This document shows positions 53,270 to 63,805 of a stretch of 64,000 nt of DNA, one piece after another (position 1 is the stretch's first letter; each line of letters starts with the position of its first letter). The stretch is from Basidiobolus meristosporus CBS 931.73. Its lineage: Eukaryota; Fungi; Basidiobolomycota. The stretch lies in the NCBI GenBank assembly GCA_002104905.1, contig MCFE01000133.1, forward strand, positions 94,505 through 158,504, written 5' to 3'. The notes under the pieces are model-generated. The model saw only the letters and a list, made by a program, of their open reading frames with translations, ran no database searches and had not been told where the DNA came from. Made by a program: the position numbers and the translations under genes.

Positions 53270-53905
53270 CAGAAGTGACCCATAGTTCTTGTCCAAACTC
53301 GTTGGTGGGATTTACTTGGAATATTTCCCCAAAATATCAGGTACCCAGGACATGAAAGTTGGTTGGTAAGTTGTCTGAAGACGCCAGACTTGGCACACAT
53401 GTTCTTTGTGTTGGAAATTTCGTAATTGCACCTGAATATTCACCTAACTTAGTCACTTGGATCATAGTCTACAAATCTTGGGGGAATTCTGGGCAAATTC
53501 CTCGTCGGGATTTACTTGGAATATTCTCACCATAACATCAGGTACCCAGTACATGCAATTTCTCAGGGTTGTTCAAACAGCCTCAAACATGGCACACATG
53601 TACTTGGGTCCTTCCGAAGCGTATTCAATCCGTCTGTTTTTCCAAAACCATGTAAAAGTATAAATACTACTTTTACATTGAATAAATCATTAAGTGAAAA
53701 CCACATAATCTACTTGTTCTCCCAATCACTTCCAATATCTCCAAGACTCTTACAACCAAGGCTACTTTACATTCAATCAATCACGAAGCAAAAACCACAT
53801 AATGCACTTGTACTCCCAATCGCTTCCAATATCCCCAAAATCCTCACAGCTCCGCAAGCAAATGTCAAGACTGCCGTAGGAGTTTTGGAGATATCAGAAG
53901 TGGTT
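53270..53905 (+). repeat. cluster of copia-family LTR pieces, including a near-complete LTR at 53409-53757
   Basis: Aligns to the 349-bp LTR; partial duplicate at ~53760-53860. Confidence 0.75.
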
Positions 53906-53907
53906 GG

Positions 53908-55104
53908 TGTTGGAAATTCTGTAACTACACCTAAACGTTCACCCAACTTAGTCACTTAGATCAGTGCCTACAAATCTCAGAGAATATCAACCAATCTCCT
54001 TGTTGGGATTTACCTGAAAAATTTTCATCAAATTGGCACTCAGCACATGACACATCTCAAAGTTGTCCAAGCAGCCCCAAATCTTGCACATGTGTCTTAG
54101 AAGCCTTCCTAAACATGTTATACATGCTTGTCTTGCCAAGACCATGGAAAAGTCCAATACAACTTTTACATTCAACAAATCATTGAGTGAGGACCACATA
54201 ATCCGCTTGCTTGCCCAGTCACTTCCATTCTCTCCAAAACTCTGACAGCAGTTTATGGGCCCCAAGCTGTTGATCACTGGAATGCCTATTACTGTTATTA
54301 CCAGAATTCTTCCCTCTGCTGAAAAGTTGGACAGATCTAACCACCTAGTCTGGAGGGTGAAGTTGTAGATGCTGCTACAGAAAAGAGACCTTTGGCATTT
54401 TATAATGGGAGAAGAATGCCCCTCTCAAGGTGAAGGAGAAAGGTATTAAAGGACCAGTGGCAAGAACAAAGTACCTTTAACTGCATATGACTTAATGTCA
54501 AACACAAACTGCCAAGTCAATGATCCAGAGCATAAGTGGCAAAGAATGCCTTTCAGGCATAAGAAGACACCCACCAGTCATGTTCAGCTGCTAAGAAAAT
54601 GTATCTTTGAAGATGGCCTTTACTCTCAAGATGCTCCTTGGAGAAAAATGAAAAACCTAATTGACAGAGTTACCCTACTGGTTGATGAGATACACATACT
54701 ACTGATGATGATTTCTTAGTTACCCTCCTGAATAGCCTGACAGACAGGATTCAGGGCCTTGTATCAGCCCTAGAGTCCAGAACTGATGACTTGATCTTAT
54801 CTTACAAATGTGAAAGGTGCCTGATGAGGAATCAAGAAAATCAAGTGCTAATAAGAAGGAAGAAGAAAATGCTTCAATAAGCAGTGTTAATCAACAAAGG
54901 AGGTACTTAAAAGACCCTTTGAAGGCAACAGCAACCTTTCTTGCAGCTATACAAAAGGAAAGGACATACATCAGACCAGTGCTTGAAAAGAAAGATAACC
55001 AGCAGAAAAAGCCTGAATATGTAAATGCTACAACAACAAATGATAGACCATGCAAATCTGCACCAATTATGACCACAAACAAGAATTCTCAAATGTGGTG
55101 TTTT
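53908..55104 (+). mobile_element. older copia copy (LTR 53908-54250, PBS, gag), host of the nested full-length copy
   Basis: PBS-like GTTTATGGGCCC at 54251; decayed gag ending at NKNSQMW; continues at 59790. Confidence 0.8.
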
Positions 55105-58100
55105 TATTGTAAAAATTCGTATTTCCACCTAAATATTCACCTAACTTAGTCACTTAGATCATCACCTTCAAATCCTAGAGAATACTGACCAAATTCCTTG
55201 TCGGGATTTACTTAGAATATTTTCACCAAAATGCCAGGTACCCAGAACATGAAAATTCTCAAAGTTGTCCAAACAGCCCCAAACTTTGCACACATGTTCT
55301 TGGGACCTTTCTTAACCTATTCTACGTGTTTGTAATGCCAAGACCAGGTAAAAGTATAAATACTACTTTTACATTCAATAAATCATTAAGTGAAAACCAC
55401 ATAATCTACTTGTTCTCCAAATCACTACCAATATCTCCAAGACTCTTACAACAGGTTATGAGCCCCAAGCTGTCACTCTCTGCAATGTCTACTACTGCTA
55501 TTACTGGAATTTTTCCCTCTGCTGAAAAGTTGGATGGCTCTAACTACCAAGTGTGGAAGGTAAAGATGAAGATGCTGCTACAAGAAAGAGGCCTTTGGGA
55601 TATTGTCATGGGAGAAGAATGCCCTCCTAAAAACGTGGGAGAGGAAGCCTTAAAGTACCAGAAGAAAGAACAAAGTGCCTTTAACTGCATTTGCCTTAAT
55701 GTCAAGGACAAATTGCTAATTCAATGCTCAAGAGCAAAAATGGCAAAGAATGCCTGGAAAGCATTGGAAGACACCTACCAGTCATGTGCAGCTGCCAAGA
55801 AGATGTATCTGAGACGAAAATTCTTTACTACAAAGATGCTACCAGGAGAACAAATGAAAAATCTAATTAACAGAATTACCCTGCTGGTAGATGAGATGGA
55901 ATCTGTGGGCGTACCAACTACTGATGAGGATGTGATAGTTACCATCCTGAATAGCCTGACAGACAAGTTTCAGGGCCTTGTATCAGCCCTAGAGTCCAGA
56001 ACTGAAGATTTGACCTTAAATTATGTATATGGAAGGCTCCTGGATGAAGAATTAAGAAAATCAAGCGCCAATAAGAAGGAAGAAGAAAATGCTTTAATAA
56101 GCAATGATAACCAACAAAGGAGGTACCCAAGACCCTACAAAGGCAACAGCAACCTATTTTGCAACTACTGCAAAAGGAAAGGACACACATCAGACCGGTG
56201 TCTCAAAAAGAAAGATAATCAGCAAAAGAAGCCTGAATATGGAAATGCTGCAACAACTGAAGATAGACTATTCATATCTGCACTAAATATGACCACAAAC
56301 AAGGATTCTCAGACGTGGTATATTGACTCTGGAGCTTCTCAACACTTTACACACCAAAAAGAACTTTTTACCCAATATCAAGAAATTCCAATTAAGAAGG
56401 TTTTCATGGGTGACAATAGAACACTTGATGCAGTGGGAGAAGGAACTATCCAAGTAAACCTTAGAAGCAGTGAAGGAAGCCATACACTGATCTTTAAAGA
56501 AGTACTCTATTTACCAGAAATAGCCAAGAACCTACTCTCTGTAAGCAAGGCCACAGCAGAAGGACTCAGTTTCAGTTTTGACAATTCTGGATGCAGGATC
56601 ACTGATCAAAATGGTGCCCATATTGCTTTGGGCATCAGAGATCAGAATCTATACAAGTTGACTTATATTCCATCATATTTGGAAGCCAATATAAGTAACT
56701 TAAATGAAGAAACACCAATGCTTTGGCACAGGAGATTTGGACACATCAATTTTGATTATTTGCGCAAAATGATCAAAGATCAGCTAATTTCTGGAGTGAA
56801 AATTGATCCCTCAGCTAATTTGGAGCACTGTGAAGCCTGCATATATGGGAAACAAGCCAGACAACCGTTCAAGAGCTCTGGGTTAATCAAAACTGAGAAA
56901 AAATTAGATCTAATTCACTCAGATCTGTGTGGACCTATGCAAAATTTATCCTTAGCCGGGATGAAGTATTTAATCACTTTTATTCATGATAATACAAGAT
57001 ACACATGGGTCTACTTCATGGAGAGAAAGGAAGAAGCTCTGTCTAAGCTCAGGGAGTTTAAAGCCATGGTGGAGAGAGAAACTGGTGAAAAAATCAAGAA
57101 AATACGCTCTGACAATGGTGGAGAATATACCTCATGACTCTTCATCCACTTCTGCAAAATTCATGGGATAAAGCAAGAGACTACTGTACTATACTCCCCA
57201 CAGCAAAATGGAGTAGCAGAACAAGCTAACAGATCAATAATTGATATGGCAAGATCTATGATCCATGATCAAAAATTATCCTATGATTTTTGGGCGGAAT
57301 CAGTTGCCACTGCTGTATACCTTAAAAATAGGAGTTATAGCTGAATACTTTGTGATTCTACTCTATTTGAAGCATGGTATGGATACAGACCAAGTGCAGA
57401 ACATCTAAGAATATTTGGGTGTACAGCATATGCCAAAAAACTGGCCGGAAATCAGTCAAAATTTGAGCCAAAAAGTGTAAAATGCATATTTTTGGGCTAC
57501 TGCAATGAGAGTAAGGCATACAGACTCTACAATACCAAAGCAAAGAAGCTGATCAAGTCCAGGGATGTGTTGTTTGATGAAAATTCAAAATTTTCACAAA
57601 AAATGACATCAGATGATGACAAATATTGGATCTCAAGTCCACCAATTGTCAGGATTGAATCAGAGCAAAACAATGAAAATTTTTTCACTCCAGAGGACTC
57701 TACAACCATGGTTTAGCCAGAATCAGTGCCCAGGAATATCCCAGAAGTGATCATTCCAGTATCAAATGCCCAGAGATCCAATTGGACAAGAAATAGCCCA
57801 AATTACTATATTAATGAGGGTACAAACTTAGCATATGCCTATTCAGTCCATATTGATGAACCCCAGACTGTAAAAGAGGCCCTAAATAGCCTGCAGACAA
57901 AGTTTTGGAGATCTGCAATGACTGAGGAATATCAGGCACTGATGGAAAATCAAACTTGGGACTTAGTCAAATTACCAATCAACCAAAAATCAATTGGATG
58001 CAGATGGGTCTTCAAGACAAAATACAAGGCTGATGGTACAATTGAAAGATACAAAGCAAGACTTGTAGCCAAAGGATACTCTCAAACAAAAGGACTTGAC

Positions 58101-59789
58101 TATACTGAGACCTTTGCACCGGTAGCCAAGTTTAATTCCATCAGATTAATATTGGCTATTGCAGCAAAATATAAGTTTTTTATTCATCAAATGGATGTAA
58201 AAACTGCATTTTTGAATGGAGAACTTGCTGAGGATGTGTATATGGACCGGCCTGATGGGTTTATTGACCAAGATAACCCCCATTTGGTCTGCAAGCTTAA
58301 AAAGTCACTATATGGTCTCAAACAATCACCAAGAGCCTGGAATTGCAAGATAGATTCTTATTTGGAATCTTTGAGTTTCAAAAGAAGTAATGCTGACTAT
58401 AGTATATACTATAAGCCAGATAGAACAAATCCAGTTCTATTAGCTCTATATGTGGATGATCTTATTATAGCCACCAATAACCTAGAAACATTGGAAGAGA
58501 CTAAATCCAGCCTATCTAAGGAGCTCAAGATGTCCAATCTAGGAGAACTTAGTTACTACTTAGGGATTAAGTTCTCCATAGACAGAAGTACCCAGACTAT
58601 TACTCTAAGCCAATCCAAGTATATTCAAGATATACTAGAGAAGTACAAAATGGAAGACTGTAAACCGGCAGCTACCCCATTGTAGACAAACCTTAACTTG
58701 GTCAAAACTCAACCAAATCAAGAGAGCTTGGTGCCATCTGAAAGCCCTGACTTTCCTTATCAATCTATGGTTGGCAGTCTGATGTATAGCATGCTTGGAA
58801 CTCGTCCAGATATCTCATATTCAGTGGGAGTTGTCAGCCAACATAATCAGAATTATGGAACTGATCATACTGCAGCAGTTAAGTGGATTTTTAGAAACCT
58901 AAAAGGAACTGCTGATATCTGCTTAAGATACACTTATAAGGATTTAGAATAGGATCTTGTGGGATACTCTGATGCGGATTGGGGATAAAATTTAGAAGAC
59001 AGAAGATCCACCACAAGATACACCTTTCTTTACTGTAAAGGAGCAATATCATGGAATTCAAGAAAGCAACCAACCGTAGCACTTTCTACTACAGAGGCAG
59101 AGTATATGGCAGCCTGTGAAGCTACAAAAGAAGCAATGTGGTTAAGAAAGCTCTTTACAGATTTAGGCCTATGTCAAAAAATGCCTACTACTTTATTTCA
59201 AGATAATCAAGGATGTATACAATTAGGTAGAAATCCAACTTTTCATGCTAGAACCAAGCACATAGATATTAGACATCATTTCATACATGAAGCTATAGAG
59301 AATAACTTAGTTAGCTTAGTTTACTGTCCTGCAGATGAAATGATTGCAGATATATTTACCAAACCATTAGCTAGAGTCAAGTTTGAATATCTTAGGTCAA
59401 AATTAGGACTAGTCAGTATGAACATTTAGCTGAGTGAGAGTGTTGTAAAGATTTATAATTCCACCTAAATATTCACCTAACTTAGGCACTTAGATCATTA
59501 CCTTCAAATCCTAGAGAATACTGACCAAATTCCTTGTTGGGATTTACTTAGAATATTTTCACCAAAATACCAGGTACCCAGAACATGAAAATTCTCAAAG
59601 TTGTCCAAACAGCCCCAAACTTTGCACACATGTTCTTGGGACCTTCCTTAACCTATTCTATCTGTTTGTAATGCCAAGACCAGGTAAAAGTATAAATACT
59701 ACTTTTACATTCAATAAATCATTAAGTGAAAACCACATAATCTACTAGTTCTCCAAATCACTTCCAATATCTCCATGACTCTAACAACA
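55105..59789 (+). mobile_element. full-length Ty1/copia element (gag-PR-IN-RT-RH), inactivated by ~6 stop codons
   Basis: 349-bp LTRs 55105-55453 and 59441-59789 (~16 differences by eye); PBS GGTTATGAGCCC; CNYCKRKGHTSDRC, WYIDSGASQH, HSDLCGP, SDNGGEY, YVDD; flanks GTTTT/CTTTT. Confidence 0.95.
55454..55465 (+). other. copia PBS GGTTATGAGCCC complementary to the tRNA-iMet anticodon arm (half-tRNA priming)
   Basis: Abuts the LTR with no TGG; complementary to GGGCUCAUAACC of yeast initiator tRNA; same type as Ty5 and Drosophila copia. Confidence 0.85.
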
Positions 59790-60591
59790 CTTTTTACACA
59801 ATAGCAATGAATCCCAGCCAGAAAGGCTTGCTTGGGAGACAACAGAACCCCTTACTGATGGACAGGGAGCTATCCAAGGAAACTTCTAAGCTAATGAAGG
59901 AAGCCATAAGCTAGCTCTCAGAGTGACACTCTATTTACCATAAGTAGCCAAGAACCTATTATCTGTAAGCAAGGCCCCAGTAGAGGGCTCAGTTTTAGTT
60001 ATGACAGTTCTGAATGCAGGTTCACTGATAAGAATGGTGCTCATGTTACCTTGGGTATCAGAGATCCAAATCATTACAAGCAAACTTGTGCTAAATAATA
60101 TCTGTAAGCCAAAATAAGTAGCATATTTGAAGAAACATCAATGCTTTGGCTCCAGAGATTTGAATATATGAATCTGGATTATTAGAGCAAAATGATATAA
60201 TATCAGATAATCTCCAGAATAAAAATTGATCACACAGCAAATTTGAGGTGCTGCTAAGCCTGTATATATGAGAAACAAGCCAGACAATCATTCAAGAGCT
60301 TTAGATTAATTGAAGTCAAAAAAAAGCTTCATCAAGTTCTCTCCAATCTATGTGGACCTGTGAAGAATTTATCCTCAGGTGAATAGAAGTATGTAATCAC
60401 ACTTATTAATGATTATACAAGATACATGTGGATCTACTACATGGAGAGAAAGGAAGGAGCTTGGACTAAGCTCAGGGAAGTGCAAGACACCTTGCAAAGA
60501 GAAACTAGTGAAAATATCAAGAAAATATGGTCTGACAATGGTGCAAAATAACCTCAAAACTCTTCATTCACTTGTGCCAAGCATACAGAAT
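59790..60591 (+). mobile_element. continuation of the older copia relic (PR/GAG-pre-IN/IN), truncated at a telomeric repeat
   Basis: Decayed match to 56430-57160; ends after the DNGGEY-equivalent region at TTAGGG. Confidence 0.75.
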
Positions 60592-60603
60592 TTAGGGTTA
60601 GGG
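60592..60603 (+). repeat. interstitial telomeric repeat (TTAGGG)2, first
   Basis: ...cagaat TTAGGGTTAGGG gagg..., exactly at the copia/module junction. Confidence 0.85.
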
Positions 60604-60726
60604 GAGGGAAAGTCACCAAGGTAGGTGAAATCTTTATTTGATTGCAGACAAGTCTAACTACAAATAAAGAAGCCAGCTGGGAATAGAAGATTCCCAAAGT
60701 AAACACTAAGTTGAATATGAATAAAT

Positions 60727-61455
60727 CTAAGCTAAAGTTAAAGCAGTATCCCAGAGTACACTGGAGTTCAGGTTCATGGGGGAGTGAAGTAGATAAGCTT
60801 GAGAGATATAATAATCTTTGAGGAAGTGGGTAACAGCAGGTGAAGGGGAGTTTTTGATAAGTGAAGTGAATCTTGAGAGCAAAGATTCCTCTAATGAGAA
60901 GGTCTTGTATACTGGAGAATCAGGAAACTCTTTAAAGGCATGGTCAGTAGGTTCCCAGTAAAACTGGTCAGAGACATTTTGAGAGAACTCTTTAGCAATA
61001 CTTTTGTCAAGTACTACCTCCAGAGTGTGATTGTTGATAAATCTCATGTTAACAATCTTGGATAAATTGTAACCTTGTTGCTTGAGATACATCCTATGCT
61101 CAGATATAGGAATGAACTCCACATTGGCAAAGTAGCAGACAGCCCAGTCAGTAGCAGGAGGCAAATCAGAAGTAGCAGGAAACTTTCTTTTAGTCTTGGG
61201 AGGAGCAGCAGGATGTCTTGAGGAAGCAGGAACAGGCTTTTTGACAGCTTCAGAGTAGGAAGAGTGAGCAGGAGCAGATGATTCTTGGAGAGTCTTGTTG
61301 ACAGGAACAGCTGGCAGAGAGACAATAGATTCTTGCAGATCAGAGAAGGCAGAAAACAGCTTTTGAACTTGTTTCTTGAGTAAAGCATTTTCAGCTTCAA
61401 CAAGTGCAAGCCTATCCTCAAGGAAGGAAATCTGAAGGGAATGGAGTGAAGGCAT
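60727..61455 (-). CDS. 242-aa ORF1/gag-like protein of a putative telomere-attached element
   Basis: Intact ATG-TAG ORF; N-terminal heptad coiled coil (LEDRLALVEAENALLKKQVQKL), SYSEAVKK motif, P/A-rich linker, globular C-terminal half; AATAAA at 60633-60638 on the minus strand; no CpG seen. Confidence 0.6.
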   Translation of the reverse strand: MPSLHSLQISFLEDRLALVEAENALLKKQVQKLFSAFSDLQESIVSLPAVPVNKTLQESSAPAHSSYSEAVKKPVPASSRHPAAPPKTKRKFPATSDLPPATDWAVCYFANVEFIPISEHRMYLKQQGYNLSKIVNMRFINNHTLEVVLDKSIAKEFSQNVSDQFYWEPTDHAFKEFPDSPVYKTFSLEESLLSRFTSLIKNSPSPAVTHFLKDYYISQAYLLHSPMNLNSSVLWDTALTLA

Positions 61456-61481
61456 AAGAAATAAGAAGAAGAGGGTAAGAT

Positions 61482-61497
61482 GGGGTGGGTGGGTGGG
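61482..61497 (+). other. G-quadruplex-forming motif GGGGTGGGTGGGTGGG, copy 1
   Basis: Four G-runs with 1-nt loops; identical copy at 63475-63490. Confidence 0.8.
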
Positions 61498-62848
61498 AAA
61501 ATTAGCAGGGAGAAGAGAAGGAAGGAGAAAAATTCCAGAAGTCAGAATTTATAGATGGATGGACAAGGGTAGATGGATGGATTATTCCTGGGTTAGGAAA
61601 ATTAGCAGGGAGAAGAGAAGGAAGGAGCAAAAATTCCAGAAGTCAGAATTTATAGATGGATGGACAAGGGTAGATGGATGGATTATTCCTGGGTTAGGAA
61701 AATTAGCAGGGAGAAGAGAAGGAAGGAGCAAAAATTCCAGAAGTCAGAATTTATAGATGGATGGACAAGGGTAGATGGATGGATTATTCCTGGGTTAGGA
61801 AAATTAGCAGGGAGAAGAGAAGGAAGGAGCAAAAATTCCAGAAGTCAGAATTTATAGATGGATGGACAAGGGTAGATGGATGGATTATTCCTGGGTTAGG
61901 AAAATTAGCAGGGAGAAGAGAAGGAAGGAGCAAAAATTCCAGAAGTCAGAATTTATAGATGGATGGACAAGGGTAGATGGATGGATTATTCCTGGGTTAG
62001 GAAAATTAGCAGGGAGAAGAGAAGGAAGGAGCAAAAATTCCAGAAGTCAGAATTTATAGATGGATGGACAAGGGTAGATGGATGGATTATTCCTGGGTTA
62101 GGAAAATTAGCAGGGAGAAGAGAAGGAAGGAGCAAAAATTCCAGAAGTCAGAATTTATAGATGGATGGACAAGGGTAGATGGATGGATTATTCCTGGGTT
62201 AGGAAAATTAGCAGGGAGAAGAGAAGGAAGGAGCAAAAATTCCAGAAGTCAGAATTTATAGATGGATGGACAAGGGTAGATGGATGGATTATTCCTGGGT
62301 TAGGAAAATTAGCAGGGAGAAGAGAAGGAAGGAGCAAAAATTCCAGAAGTCAGAATTTATAGATGGATGGACAAGGGTAGATGGATGGATTATTCCTGGG
62401 TTAGGAAAATTAGCAGGGAGAAGAGAAGGAAGGAGCAAAAATTCCAGAAGTCAGAATTTATAGATGGACAGGTAGATGGATGGATTATTCCTGGGTTAGG
62501 AAAATTAGCAGGGAGAAGAGAAGGAAGGAGCAAAAATTCCAGAAGTCAGAATTTATAGATGGATGGACAAGGGTAGATGGATGGATTATTCCTGGGTTAG
62601 GAAAATTAGCAGGGAGAAGAGAAGGAAGGAGCAAAAATTCCAGAAGTCAGAATTTATAGATGGATGGACAAGGGTAGATGGATGGATTATTCCTGGGTTA
62701 GGAAAATTAGCAGGGAGAAGAGAAGGAAGGAGCAAAAATTCCAGAAGTCAGAATTTATAGATGGATGGACAAGGGTAGATGGATGGACAAGGGTAGATGG
62801 ATGGACAAGGGTAGATGGATGGATTATTCCTGGGTTAGGAAAATTAGC
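61496..62848 (+). repeat. subtelomeric tandem array, ~13 units of 101 bp
   Basis: ATTAGC starts at 61501, 61601, 61702 ... 62409, 62504, 62605, 62706, 62843; near-identical units containing GGGTTAGG. Confidence 0.97.
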
Positions 62849-62862
62849 TTAGGGTTAGGGTT
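62849..62862 (+). repeat. interstitial telomeric repeat (TTAGGG)2TT, second
   Basis: ...aaaattagc TTAGGGTTAGGGTT ctagtgc... Confidence 0.9.
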
Positions 62863-63474
62863 CTAGTGCTTTATTGGGAAATTTGCACAAGGAGTGCAAT
62901 CTTGAAATATGACAAAGTCATATGAGTATAGCAACTATTATAAAATGAAAACTACTTTGCCAGTAAAAGGGGTGAAGGAAACTGTAAAAGCTATAAAGGA
63001 AAAGCTGGGGACACAAGAAATTTACAGTACCATTCATTGCCCTACACTGCAAGTAAGCTCAAGGAACATAAGGGGAAGCTTTACCAGACTGAACTAAAGA
63101 ATCTTGCTTCAGATCACAAAGGAAACAATGAGGACTGCAGAAGCTTTAAAGGAAACCAAGGTTCCCATGGTGATGGCTGACTGGGAAATCTACAGAAGCA
63201 TTCACTGATCCAAAAGAAAGAGGCAAGAGGCTAGAGTAATGTCATCAAAAGAAAATGAACCATAAGCTGAAGTTCAGGCACATGTATCAAGTCCAATCAT
63301 GCCAAAGACAGCTGCAGAAGCTTGAAAGGAAACAGAAAGTCTCCATTGGGGTGACTCCAGGGGAAATCCACAGTCAGCCCTTTACATCACCAGAGGTGGG
63401 CAGTGCCTGAAAGAAAGGAAAGAAAGAGCAAGAGAAAAGGGAAGGAGAGAAGGAAAAAGGAACGAGAGAAGAAT

Positions 63475-63490
63475 GGGGTGGGTGGGTGGG
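63475..63490 (+). other. G-quadruplex-forming motif GGGGTGGGTGGGTGGG, copy 2
   Basis: Same motif and following AAA as at 61482. Confidence 0.8.
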
Positions 63491-63491
63491 A

Positions 63492-63805
63492 AATCTTATA
63501 GGTGAAGGATCTTGTTAAAGATCACATCACTAGGTTAGGGGAGATTGTTAGGGAAGGAGCATCAGGTCAGAAGACCCAATCTTATAGGTGAAGGATCTTG
63601 TTAAAGATCACATCACTAGGTTAGGGGAGATTGTTAGGGAAGGAGCATCAGGTCAGAAGACCCAATCTTATAGGTGAAGGATTTTGTTAAAGATCACATC
63701 ACTAGGTTAGGGGAGATTGTTAGGGAAGGAGCATCAGGTCAGAAGACCCAATCTTATAGGTGAAGGATCTTGTTAAAGATCACATCACTAGGTTAGGGGA
63801 GATTG
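63492..63805 (+). repeat. subtelomeric tandem array, 3.6 units of 86 bp
   Basis: AATCTTATAGG starts at 63492, 63578, 63664, 63750; each unit holds two TTAGGG. Confidence 0.95.

Noticed and set aside
55326-55480. N-terminal extension of copia gag starting inside the LTR (MFVMPRPGK...)
   Set aside because: The start codons lie upstream of the TATA-like GTATAAATA in the LTR, so are unlikely to be in the mRNA; recurrence in other copies only reflects shared ancestry.
61496-62848. Regular repeats as a CRISPR array
   Set aside because: Units are identical end to end with no unique spacers; eukaryotic context; no cas genes.
61493-62852. Series of identical 62-87-aa ORFs (MDKGRWMDYSWVRK...)
   Set aside because: By-product of the 101-bp tandem array.
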